The notes below the pieces were generated by a model. The model was not told the origin of the DNA. It saw only the letters and a program-made list of their open reading frames with translations, and made no database searches. This document shows positions 19,983 through 28,479 of a stretch of DNA of 64,000 nucleotides, piece by piece. This stretch comes from Pirellulales bacterium (GTDB taxonomy: Bacteria; Planctomycetota; Planctomycetia; Pirellulales; JAICIG01). The position numbers and the translations under genes were made by a program. Within the stretch, counting starts at the first letter, position 1. Each line of letters opens with the position of its first letter. The stretch lies in NCBI GenBank assembly GCA_040901675.1, contig JBBDYJ010000032.1, positions 1 through 64,000 of the forward strand. Reading direction: 5' to 3'.

Positions 19983-20402
19983 TCATTTGCGGCGTTTTCG
20001 GCGTGGTCGTTCGGACCGGCGCTGATTTTGGCGCAGCTCGTTGAGCAAGGCTTCGAGTTGATCCAACTCGTCATGGCTCGGCGGGCGTGTTTCCAGAAGG
20101 GAGGCCACCAGCGCCACGCCACTGCCGCCAAACATCCGGTCCAAGAGATCGCTCAACAATCGGCGAGATGTGCCCGTAGGCTGGACCGCCGCCGAGTAGA
20201 CAAAGGCCTTGCCCGTCTTCGCTTTGTGCCGCGCGACGAGGCCCTTGGCCTCGAGCCGCTTGAGCAGGGTGCAAACCGATGAGTGGGCCAGCGGCCTCCT
20301 TTTGGCCAGCGCCTCGCGCACCTCGCGGGCGGTGGCCGGGCCGCTCTTCCAGAGCGAAGCCATCACGTCCATCTCGGCGTCCGGCAAAGAAGCTTCACTC
20401 AT
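19983..20402 (-). CDS. BlaI/MecI/CopY family repressor
   Basis: EMDVMASLW, SSVCTLLKRLEAKGLV, FVYSA, MFGGS; directly upstream of M56. Confidence 0.95.
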   Translation of the reverse strand: MSEASLPDAEMDVMASLWKSGPATAREVREALAKRRPLAHSSVCTLLKRLEAKGLVARHKAKTGKAFVYSAAVQPTGTSRRLLSDLLDRMFGGSGVALVASLLETRPPSHDELDQLEALLNELRQNQRRSERPRRKRRK

Positions 20403-20445
20403 TGGCGTTGGCTCTCGTGCCTAGGTTGTGCCCACGACGCCCGCT

Positions 20446-20495
20446 ATGATATCGACAATTGTCGAGATGTCAACAACAAAAAACGACATGTGTCG
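20446..20495 (-). promoter_or_regulatory. Promoter with two palindromic BlaI-type operators
   Basis: TTGACA(20473-20468)-16 nt-TATCAT; TCGACAATTGTCGA 20452-20465 and CGACATGTGTCG 20484-20495. Confidence 0.8.
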
Positions 20496-20698
20496 ATAAT
20501 GTGGAGGCGGGCCGATTGGTCCAAGGGTTTAGTCGCGGCAGTTGCTCAGCCAAACAAGTACAATGCCGCGAGCGCAAGCAGGGGGGGCGACAACAACAGC
20601 GCCATACGATAAGCGGCTCGTTCAGCAACCGGCTTGATCCATTGCGGTGCAGCCACGGCAACAGCCGCCCGGCCAGAGTCGTCGGCAACACGGCCGGC

Positions 20699-20893
20699 TC
20701 ATCCGGTTGTGGACCGTGGCCCATCAGGAGTTGCCTTTTTGCGAGATTTGGCGGGAAAGCGGACATACTTGCGACCGCTGACCTGTTCCCTGGCCTTTAA
20801 GTCGCGGAAGATGGCCGCAAGGTCGTGATTGAACCTGGCCGCGTACGCTTCCCGCTCCTTACGAACCCCTTCCACGATCGGATCATTCCGCAT
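20699..20893 (-). CDS. Small antitoxin-like protein (64 aa)
   Basis: MRNDPIVEGVRKEREAYAARFNHDLAAIFRDL resembles small partners of PIN-type genes; hidden at the end of ORF 20699..21484. Confidence 0.65.
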   Translation of the reverse strand: MRNDPIVEGVRKEREAYAARFNHDLAAIFRDLKAREQVSGRKYVRFPAKSRKKATPDGPRSTTG

Positions 20894-20904
20894 TTTGATC
20901 GGTC

Positions 20905-22308
20905 TCAGCCGGCGGCCCACAGCTCGGCGATGGCGTTGCCGTCGGTGACGATGGGGGTGGGACGGCCGCGATCGGGAATGGTGGCGTGGGCGTAGTCGAT
21001 GCCCAAGTGCTGGTAGATCGTGGCCAGAAAGTCCTGCGGGCCGACGCGGCGGCTCACGACGTCTTCGCCATGCCGATCGGTGGCGCCGATCACCTGGCCG
21101 CCGCGGATGCCGCCGCCGGCCCAGATCATCGAGTTGGCCCGCGGCCAATGGTCGCGGCCCGGCTGCACGGTGCCGGCCGGCGCGCTGGCCACGCCGCCGC
21201 CGCTGCTGGCCACGTACGAGATGCGGGGCGTGCGGCCGAACTCGCCGGTGACGACCACCAGAACCCGCTTGTCCAGGCCGCGATCGTAGACGTCTTCGAT
21301 CAAGGCCGACACCGCCTGGTCGAAATACGGGGCACGAAAGCGGATGGCGTCGAACACGTGGTGGTTCACGGCGTGGTCGTCCCAGTTGGCAACGCGCCCG
21401 CAGAGCGGGCCATCGAAGGTGGTGGTGACAATCTCGACGTCGGCCTCGACGAGGCGGCGAGCCATCAGGCACTGTTGTCCCCACTGGTTGAGGCCGTAGC
21501 GCTCGCGGATGCGCGGGCTCTCCTGGTCGAGATCGAAGGCGCGGGCGGCCTCGGGGCTGGTGAGCAGATTCAGGGCCTGGGCCTCGAAGTTGTCCATGGC
21601 CCGCATGACGCCGGACTGGTCCACGTCGCGGCGGAAGTCGTCGAACGACTCTCGCAGCCGCATCCGATCGCGGAGGCGGCCAGCCTGGGCGGGATCGGCC
21701 AGGCCGATGTTGGGCACCTTGAATTTGGGAGCACTGGGGTCGCCCATCACGGCAAAGGGCTCGTAGCTGGGACCCAGAAAGCCGGGTCCGGCAATCGTGA
21801 AGTTATCGTATCGCGTGATCGGATTGACGCCGATGTAGTTTGGCAACTGGCGGGGCTGGCCCGAACGGAGGTAATGGGCCACGGTCATCCAGTCGGGATG
21901 GACGGGCACCAGCTTGTCCTGGGGATCGGGATCGCCGGACAAGAGCTGCAGCGAGCCGGCCGGGTGGCCGCCGCCGGTGTGGGCCATCGAGCGAAGCAGC
22001 GCAAACTTGTCGGAGATCGCCGCCTGCCGCGGGAGCAGCTCAGACAGCCGAAGGCCGGCCGTCTTGGTTTCGATGGTGGAGAACGGCCCGCGGTATTCCG
22101 ACGGCGCCTCGGGCTTGGGATCGTAGGTGTCCAGATGGCTGCAGCCGCCGCGCAGCCAGACGATGATCACGGCCGTTCGGCCGGTGGTCGGGGTTGCTTC
22201 ACCGGCGCGTGCCGCCGCATTGAGCGCCCGCAGGCGGAGCAGCCCCGGGAGTGACAGCGAGGCAAAGCCGGTCAGGCCGATCTGGAGGAATTCGCGCCGC
22301 GATGGCAT
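20905..22308 (-). CDS. DUF1501 domain protein
   Basis: SRREFL Tat-like motif, GGCSHLDTYDPKP, WDDH, GEFGRTP, GRDHWP. Confidence 0.93.
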   Translation of the reverse strand: MPSRREFLQIGLTGFASLSLPGLLRLRALNAAARAGEATPTTGRTAVIIVWLRGGCSHLDTYDPKPEAPSEYRGPFSTIETKTAGLRLSELLPRQAAISDKFALLRSMAHTGGGHPAGSLQLLSGDPDPQDKLVPVHPDWMTVAHYLRSGQPRQLPNYIGVNPITRYDNFTIAGPGFLGPSYEPFAVMGDPSAPKFKVPNIGLADPAQAGRLRDRMRLRESFDDFRRDVDQSGVMRAMDNFEAQALNLLTSPEAARAFDLDQESPRIRERYGLNQWGQQCLMARRLVEADVEIVTTTFDGPLCGRVANWDDHAVNHHVFDAIRFRAPYFDQAVSALIEDVYDRGLDKRVLVVVTGEFGRTPRISYVASSGGGVASAPAGTVQPGRDHWPRANSMIWAGGGIRGGQVIGATDRHGEDVVSRRVGPQDFLATIYQHLGIDYAHATIPDRGRPTPIVTDGNAIAELWAAG

Positions 22309-22429
22309 CGGTTTGTCCACTGTGGAAGGAGGGATGATATGGCGCAGGCAGGGAGGGTTTCCGTCGCTTCAATCGTGCCGTCTATTGTAGCAATCCAGGT
22401 GGAATCGTGGCGATATGCGATCCGGCCGC

Positions 22430-22458
22430 TTGCAATGGCGGCGGAAATGCACGACAAT
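22430..22458 (+). promoter_or_regulatory. Possible sigma70 promoter
   Basis: TTGCAA-17 nt-GACAAT. Confidence 0.45.
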
Positions 22459-22471
22459 CGAAGTACCTTTC

Positions 22472-22640
22472 ATCTATGAAGGCTGACTTCCGAGCAGCCT
22501 GTTCCTTAGCCTCCCTCCATAGATCAGAGCCAAACGGACCGGCGGTGCATCGCACGCTGCTGGTCCGTGGAGGGGCTTTTCGACCGGCCGGCGAACGGTG
22601 GCAATGCATGGCGGCTGCCATGCGCGCGATTGCGCCGCTG
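22472..22640 (+). ncRNA. Candidate structured leader or sRNA (three hairpins)
   Basis: ATCTATG-AAGGCTGA/TTAGCCT-CATAGAT; ACGGACCGGCGG/CTGCTGGTCCGT; GCATGGC/GCCATGC. Confidence 0.35.
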
Positions 22641-22676
22641 GAAAAATGTTGGCACCTGTGCGAGGAGGGGGACCAC

Positions 22677-22964
22677 ATGAATTCGAAGAAACCGGCTCCA
22701 TTGATGACGGTCGCCATCCCCAGACGCTGTCCGGTGTGCGGCAAGGCGTCGTATTCGCCGGCGGGGGAACACCCGCAGTGTTCGCTGGCCCGGGCGGACG
22801 CAGTTCGGCGGGCGGCCTTGAAAGCGACGGGCGCCGTGGTTGCGTCTCAGCCCAGGTTCCGGCAATGGTCCAAACGGTGCCCGCGATGCGGACATCAAAT
22901 TCCGGCACGGCAGGTCGTGTGCGACTGCGCGAAAACCGCGGACGGCGGCAAAGCCGCGTCATGA
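22677..22964 (+). CDS. Small double zinc-ribbon protein
   Basis: CPVCG...HPQC and CPRCG...CDC; GAGGAGG RBS. Confidence 0.7.
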   Translation: MNSKKPAPLMTVAIPRRCPVCGKASYSPAGEHPQCSLARADAVRRAALKATGAVVASQPRFRQWSKRCPRCGHQIPARQVVCDCAKTADGGKAAS

Positions 22965-23038
22965 AACCATGGATGCCTGTCTGCCCGACTCGTCGAGAGG
23001 CGGATAAGGCATCCCAAGACATTCCTGGAGCAATCCAC

Positions 23039-23278
23039 ATGCGCAACGAGCAAGTTCCGGACCGCGTGATCACACAGCAGGTGCACCAGAAACTCTCCAA
23101 CCGCGGAGTCCGTTCGCCCTGCCACGTCACCGTACAGACGAAGCGCGGCGAGGTGACGTTGGCCGGATCCGTTCAGTTTGCCCACCAGAAGGGGGCGGCC
23201 GTGCAAGTGACCTCGACGGTCACCGGCGTCCGCCGGGTCGTCGACCAGATGATTGTGAAGCCGCACGTCAAGCGGTAG
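23039..23278 (+). CDS. BON domain protein
   Basis: GEVTLAGSV...VTGVRRVVDQM; GGAG RBS. Confidence 0.85.
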   Translation: MRNEQVPDRVITQQVHQKLSNRGVRSPCHVTVQTKRGEVTLAGSVQFAHQKGAAVQVTSTVTGVRRVVDQMIVKPHVKR

Positions 23279-23286
23279 ACCACCGC

Positions 23287-24113
23287 TCACATGAAGTTCG
23301 GCGTGTGCAGGTGAAGTCCGTCAGTTCCAGCAGCGACAGCAACGACTGGGAAGTGGTGACTGAAGAGACCCCGAGCCCGCCGCCTCCGGCGCGTGCCCTC
23401 TTCAGGAACACGTCGATATGCCGGGCTTCGTCGGCCAACTGCGTCGAGAGGAGCATGGCCACTTCGGCATAGGCGGGGTGAATTTTCGAGATGAACTTCG
23501 AGGGCAGGTAGAGGGCCGACAGCTCATTCTCGGCCAGGAAGGTCATCACCTGTCCCAAGGCCCGCTCCAGCGGCTGCGGCAGCGGCTTGACCTTGTGCCA
23601 GGGAATGTCGGTATTGGCGTTCCACTGCGAGGCGACGGCCTGGTCGTAGAGCTTGCCGATCTCTGGCGGCGCGACGTGGCCGCGCTCGACGAGCGAAAAC
23701 GGGTAGCTGGGGCCGCCCGGCTCGACCTGGGCGCCGCGCGGCGCGAAACCGGTGGCCGGATCCGCCTGCTCGGGCATGGGCACCGACTTGAGCACGTCGT
23801 CCGTGGAAAGGCGCCCCTGACGCGGCGACAGTCCGCGGCCGCTCTCGCGCGGACCACGCGGCACGGACAACGATCCGCGGGCAATCAGGTGCCGGTCTCG
23901 CTCGTCGCATCGCTCGGAACCCAGGTATTCATGATGGTGCAGGCGGCACCAGGCCGGCAGGTCGTGGGCCAGCGAAGGGGCAAGCGAGTTGACCGCCAGA
24001 ACGCCGCCCGGTTCGAGCAACTCGAGCGCCGGCCGAACAATCGCCAGCAGGCCGCCCGCCAGAGAAAGGTCGCCGCCGTCGATGGCGACCGCGACGGTCG
24101 ACTCGTGGCTCAT
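23287..24113 (-). pseudogene. TusA/SirA-like + ferritin-like fusion, apparently internally deleted
   Basis: LEPGGVLAV...DLPAWCR TusA-like N-terminus; FLAENE...DEARH, only one ExxH; frame degenerates after LTDF; out-of-frame LHTPNFM-stop at 23287. Confidence 0.7.
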
Positions 24114-24922
24114 GGCAAGCATTCCTGGGCGGCCAGCGCGGCGCGGAGGCTGGCATAGCCTTCTTCGCGGGGCGGCAACCACTGCTTCAGCCCTTCCAGC
24201 TCCAGCAGACGGCGGTGCCTGGGGTCATCCCAGCGCATGGCGAACAAAGCTCGCTGAAAGTCGGCCTGCTGGCGGGGATCCAGCCCCGGCACCGCGTCGA
24301 ACATGCAATGGTCGAAGGGGGGCGTGGTCCACAAAGGCTCGATGGCGGCGGGGTCGACGTGCCCGGCGGCCTGCTCGTTGACCCAAACCAGGTCGCCGAC
24401 GGCGCCCGCTTCGGCGCGGCCTTCGTGCAGGGCCTTCAGGACTTCCAGCTCGCTGGTGCCGGTATCACCATGCTTGCCGACGTCGGTGTCGAACGGCAGG
24501 ATCCGGACACGATCCAGGCGGACGCCGGCCTGGCGGAGGAAGTAGAGGGGCAGAATCCGCGCTTGCGTGGAGTCGCGGCTGCCAACGGCCAGGGTCTTGC
24601 CTTCCAGCTCGGCAGGCGCGCGGATGCCGGCATCGCGGCGGACGATGATGCGGGAATGGAAATCGCGGTCCGAGTCGCGCATGGCGAGCGAGATCGATCG
24701 GCCGTTGCCGCGCTGTTGCACCCGCACGTGCGCCAAGGGGGTGTTCCAGGCAACGCCAATGTGCCCCTCCAACAGCGACTCCACCTGCCGCTCGTAGTTG
24801 GAAAAGAGCACAAAATCGAGCGGCACGTCTTGTTCCCGGAAGTGCTCGCGGATGCCCTCCCAGATGCTGACGACGTTGGGATCGTAGGCCACGGCCCCCA
24901 GCAGAATCGGCTTGCCCGTCAC
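24110..24922 (-). CDS. PhnD/SsuA-type substrate-binding-fold protein lacking a signal peptide
   Basis: LFSNYERQVESL, AWNTPLA, LAVGSRDSTQA; GAAGGGAGG RBS before GTG. Confidence 0.85.
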   Translation of the reverse strand: MTGKPILLGAVAYDPNVVSIWEGIREHFREQDVPLDFVLFSNYERQVESLLEGHIGVAWNTPLAHVRVQQRGNGRSISLAMRDSDRDFHSRIIVRRDAGIRAPAELEGKTLAVGSRDSTQARILPLYFLRQAGVRLDRVRILPFDTDVGKHGDTGTSELEVLKALHEGRAEAGAVGDLVWVNEQAAGHVDPAAIEPLWTTPPFDHCMFDAVPGLDPRQQADFQRALFAMRWDDPRHRRLLELEGLKQWLPPREEGYASLRAALAAQECLP

Positions 24923-24961
24923 GCGGACCTCCCTTCGGTCACTCTCCCCAACAAAATCGAA

Positions 24962-26134
24962 TCACAGCAGCGGCAGTCCCGTCAAGGCGCGGCCGATGAA
25001 TTCTTCGAGATGGTCTCCCGTGGGCGCCATGACCCAGCCGGCCCGGGCGTCGCGGAAGAGCCGTTCGATGCCGAGCTGCTTCGAGAAGGCGGCGCCGCCA
25101 CAGGCCTTCATCGCCAGATCGGTCACGGCCTGGGCCGCGTCGAGGGCCGCCATGCGGGCCTCCAGCACGTACAGTGGCGTGGACTCGTCCGGGTCCTCCA
25201 TCGAGGCGGTTGTGTAGGCCAAGAGGGCCCTGGACTGCTCGGTGCGGACGCTCATCTCGGCCAGCCGCGCCCTCAAGTTGGGCAGATCGCGCAGTTGGCT
25301 GCCGTCGTGCTCGAAGCGGGTGGCCGATAGATGGCCGGCGGTGGCGGCGACCGCCGCCCGGCAGAGCCCGTGGGCCATGGCCGCGGTGCCGACAACGAAC
25401 CAGGGGAGCACGACCTGGAGCATCATCGGCAGGCCCCCGCCGTGCTCGGTGAGCAGGTCGCCGGCCGGGATGGAGTAGCGGGTGAGCACGACGGGTGCCG
25501 AGTCGTTGCCGCGCAGGCCGAGGCCGTCGAATCGTCCGGCCGGCTGGACGCCCGCGGCGCCGCGGCGCACCAGGTACAGGGTCGATTCGCGCGGCGACTG
25601 GGCGCCGGGCTTTTGTCCGCTGGCGACATACGAATCGGCATGCGACGCCGAGGTGACCCAGCTTTTGTTGGCGCTGGTCGTGCAACCGCCGCCGGCGCCG
25701 TCCGACTCGATTTTGGAGACCGGGTTCCAGAACTGCGAGCGCGAACCACGCTCGCTGAAGGCCAGCGTGGTCAAATGGCGTCCGGCCGCGATTTCGGCCA
25801 GCAGCTCCTTACGGCCGGCCAGCGTCGGCGAGGCGGCAGGCACCTGGGCGGCGGCCACGTGCATGACGTACACCATGGCGGTCGAGGCGCAGAACTCGGC
25901 TAACTGTTCGGCCACGGCGGCAAACACGCGGGGCGGTTGGCCCAACCCGCCGGCGTCCGCGGGGAGGCAGAGGCCAAAGAACCCCTCGGCCGCCAATGCT
26001 TGGATCGCTTCCCTGGGGAAGCGGGCCTGCCCATCGACGTCGGCGGCATGCCGGGCGGCCACTTCTTGAGCCAGCTTGCGCGCCACCTCCGCAAGCTCGC
26101 GGCCTTTCGGATCCAGTCGGTAGATCTGCGGCAT
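24962..26134 (-). CDS. Acyl-CoA dehydrogenase family protein
   Basis: LAFSERGS, KSWVTS, GLGLRGNDS, CGGAAF...IERLFRDA. Confidence 0.92.
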   Translation of the reverse strand: MPQIYRLDPKGRELAEVARKLAQEVAARHAADVDGQARFPREAIQALAAEGFFGLCLPADAGGLGQPPRVFAAVAEQLAEFCASTAMVYVMHVAAAQVPAASPTLAGRKELLAEIAAGRHLTTLAFSERGSRSQFWNPVSKIESDGAGGGCTTSANKSWVTSASHADSYVASGQKPGAQSPRESTLYLVRRGAAGVQPAGRFDGLGLRGNDSAPVVLTRYSIPAGDLLTEHGGGLPMMLQVVLPWFVVGTAAMAHGLCRAAVAATAGHLSATRFEHDGSQLRDLPNLRARLAEMSVRTEQSRALLAYTTASMEDPDESTPLYVLEARMAALDAAQAVTDLAMKACGGAAFSKQLGIERLFRDARAGWVMAPTGDHLEEFIGRALTGLPLL

Positions 26135-26145
26135 GACTGGCTTGC

Positions 26146-27450
26146 TCAGTAGCTCCAGTGGATTACTGCTTCCAGCGAATTGAAGAACTCGATCGAGTCG
26201 TTTACGGCATGGCCGTCGACTCGCTGATTGACGTATTCCAGGTAGAGATCGATGCCCTTGGTAAGCTTGGTGGTGGTGCCCAGCACGACCATGTTTTGCA
26301 TGCCGTGCGGGTTGTCGTCGATCGAGGCCGAGTACGAGCCGCGCCAGGTGACGGGGCCGGTGACGTAGTGCATGCCGCCTAGAAATCCGCTGATCCGGTT
26401 GCTGGGGCCTCCCGACACATAACGGACCGGGTTGATGACGCCGAACGATTGCAGGCCCTCGGCGAACATCTTCCAGTTGCCGCGGGTGAAGGTGAGGTCG
26501 ACCGCGTAGGCGGCGACCGTCTCGTCCGGAAAACCGAAGGCGCCCAGGTCGCTGTCGATCTGACCCACCAGGCCGGAGATGCCCAGCGCCAGGGTCGAGG
26601 CGTCGCCGAAGGTCCAGGTGGGCACGATCCGCGCTACGCCGGTATTGCGCTCGTTGTAGCCTGGCACGCTTTCGGCGTCGGCGCCCTCGAACGATCCGTT
26701 CACGCCGTCCTCGTGGAAAAAGAACTGCAGGTAGCGGTCGACCTTGAAGCAGCGGTCGATTTCGGTCGATTGTTCCCACGAAAGGCCATAGTCCGGGTCG
26801 AGCTTGAAGCCGTCGAAATAGGGCGCGTTGCCGAAAAACACTCCGTCCCAATCGAGGCCGAACCGCTTCCAGATTTGGCCGGCCTTCAGGGTGCCCCACT
26901 GCTCGCCCGACACGTAGCCGTAGGCCTCGTACGACCAGAACTTGCTGTCGAAGAAGGTGCGGAAGGTGTCGCCGTCGCGGAGGCGGTATTCCAGGTGGCC
27001 GCCGATCTTGCGGCCGTCGCCCAGATCGAACGACGGGTCGGCGGTGACGAACCACCAATACGTGCCCCGCAGGCCTTCGATGCCGTAGCCATCGTTGCTG
27101 CCGGACAGGTCTTCATGAAACCAGTGCCAGGCGCCGATGCCCATCGGCACGATCCAGTTTTGCTTGCGAGCTTGCAAGTTGTCGTACCAATGGTCGAGGC
27201 GGCTGTGCACCAGGAGCGTCACGGGCTCGTCGGCTTGGGGGGCGCAGCAAGCTGCTTTGTCCGCGGGGGCGTCGCCGTTTGCCGCGGCGAGCGGGTCGTC
27301 CGTGTCCGCGGGAGCGGGCGCGTAGCCGTCGTCGGGCTGGGCTAGGAAGATCGACGGTGAGTGTGGATGGAACTCTTCGCCCAAGCCGGGGGAAACCAGG
27401 CCCAAGCTCAACAATGCCGCCGCCACCAGTGTCCAGCCGAAGCGGTCCAT
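26146..27450 (-). CDS. Putative outer-membrane beta-barrel (porin-like)
   Basis: Signal peptide, amphipathic aromatic-rich strands, C-terminal VIHWSY; GGAGG RBS. Confidence 0.7.
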   Translation of the reverse strand: MDRFGWTLVAAALLSLGLVSPGLGEEFHPHSPSIFLAQPDDGYAPAPADTDDPLAAANGDAPADKAACCAPQADEPVTLLVHSRLDHWYDNLQARKQNWIVPMGIGAWHWFHEDLSGSNDGYGIEGLRGTYWWFVTADPSFDLGDGRKIGGHLEYRLRDGDTFRTFFDSKFWSYEAYGYVSGEQWGTLKAGQIWKRFGLDWDGVFFGNAPYFDGFKLDPDYGLSWEQSTEIDRCFKVDRYLQFFFHEDGVNGSFEGADAESVPGYNERNTGVARIVPTWTFGDASTLALGISGLVGQIDSDLGAFGFPDETVAAYAVDLTFTRGNWKMFAEGLQSFGVINPVRYVSGGPSNRISGFLGGMHYVTGPVTWRGSYSASIDDNPHGMQNMVVLGTTTKLTKGIDLYLEYVNQRVDGHAVNDSIEFFNSLEAVIHWSY

Positions 27451-27524
27451 CGCCCCTCCTCCTGTCTGCTCGCCATGATCGGGAGCGGCGGCGCCGGCGC
27501 ATGCTGGGCCGCCCCGATCGCGTG

Positions 27525-28322
27525 CTACTCGATCTTTTCGTTCAGGGTCCAGTCCCACTCGATGATCTTCAGCTTGTAGTCGCCCGACTCGACCAGCCGC
27601 CGGGTGTCGCCGTCGAGCCAGTGGAGCAGGTAGAGCTCGGGACGATCGCCGGCCACCGGCCGGTCCGGGTCGTTGAGGAACTTCTCGCCGTACCATTCGA
27701 AGATCTTTGAGATGTGGACTTCGCGTTTCTCCTGATCGACTTTGAAGTGCCGCTCGTCGCCGACGAAGCGGCGGGCCGCGTGCTCCAGGTCCTTGTCGAG
27801 GCGTTCGGCGGTGTACGCGCCGTCCTTCAAGGGCAGGCAGCCGCGGTCAGCACAAACGACGGCGAAGTGCGCCCGCATGTCGCGATGGTCCGCGATCAGC
27901 CGCTCGTACTCGATCTCGTTGACCGTGAGATCCTCACCGCCGACGCGGAACTTCAGCTTGTCGAAGAAACCGTCGACGTCCTTGGGCGAGTGCAACGGAT
28001 AGTGGTCCAAGATGGCCTTGATGCAGCAGGCGTTGTAGGCATTGATGTAAAAGGCGATCCGCTCGCCGCGCGTCATGCCGGAGGGATCGGCCTCGGCCTG
28101 CCAGCGCAGAAACCGCTCGAAGCGGGCCAGGTCGTCCTGGTTGCCCTTCAAGCCGGCGTAATCGAAAAAGTCGCCTTGAACGTACTGCTTTAGAATGGCG
28201 TCAAAGTCCGCCGGGCCGGCGGCCTTCTTGCCAGCCGCGGGTGCCTGGTCCGGGCGTGCCAGCACCACCATAAAACACATCGCGGCTGCAAGTCCGCGGG
28301 CAGAAACGGTGCGGGAAAACAT
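27525..28322 (-). CDS. DUF547 domain protein (exported)
   Basis: AFYINAYNA, NEIEYE, RAHFAVVCADRGC, SKIFEWY..F, WDWTLNE. Confidence 0.9.
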   Translation of the reverse strand: MFSRTVSARGLAAAMCFMVVLARPDQAPAAGKKAAGPADFDAILKQYVQGDFFDYAGLKGNQDDLARFERFLRWQAEADPSGMTRGERIAFYINAYNACCIKAILDHYPLHSPKDVDGFFDKLKFRVGGEDLTVNEIEYERLIADHRDMRAHFAVVCADRGCLPLKDGAYTAERLDKDLEHAARRFVGDERHFKVDQEKREVHISKIFEWYGEKFLNDPDRPVAGDRPELYLLHWLDGDTRRLVESGDYKLKIIEWDWTLNEKIE

Positions 28323-28399
28323 GGGATCTCTCCTGGAAATTGTCATCGGCAAGCACGCCCCTGGGAGATTACAAATCGTTATGGCAAGCGGCACAAGGC

Positions 28400-28414
28400 A
28401 TAATACCGCATTAT
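28400..28414. promoter_or_regulatory. LysR-type T-N11-A box
   Basis: ATAAT-ACCGC-ATTAT inverted repeat about 80 nt upstream of the DUF547 start. Confidence 0.55.
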
Positions 28415-28479
28415 CATCCGGAGGGTCCGGATTGCAAGTTCCAGCGGAAAAGAGGGACTCGTCGCCGAGCGGCCGGGCC

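Noticed and set aside
20540..20700. Hydrophobic minus-strand fragment (MALLLSPPLLALAALYLFG)
   Set aside because: Too short, no RBS, no recognisable family; at most a gene remnant.
24962..27058. 698-aa ACAD, and long N-terminal extensions of ORFs 15143..20131, 26146..27696 and 9943..10959
   Set aside because: Extensions overlap real upstream genes; internal ATG starts fit better.
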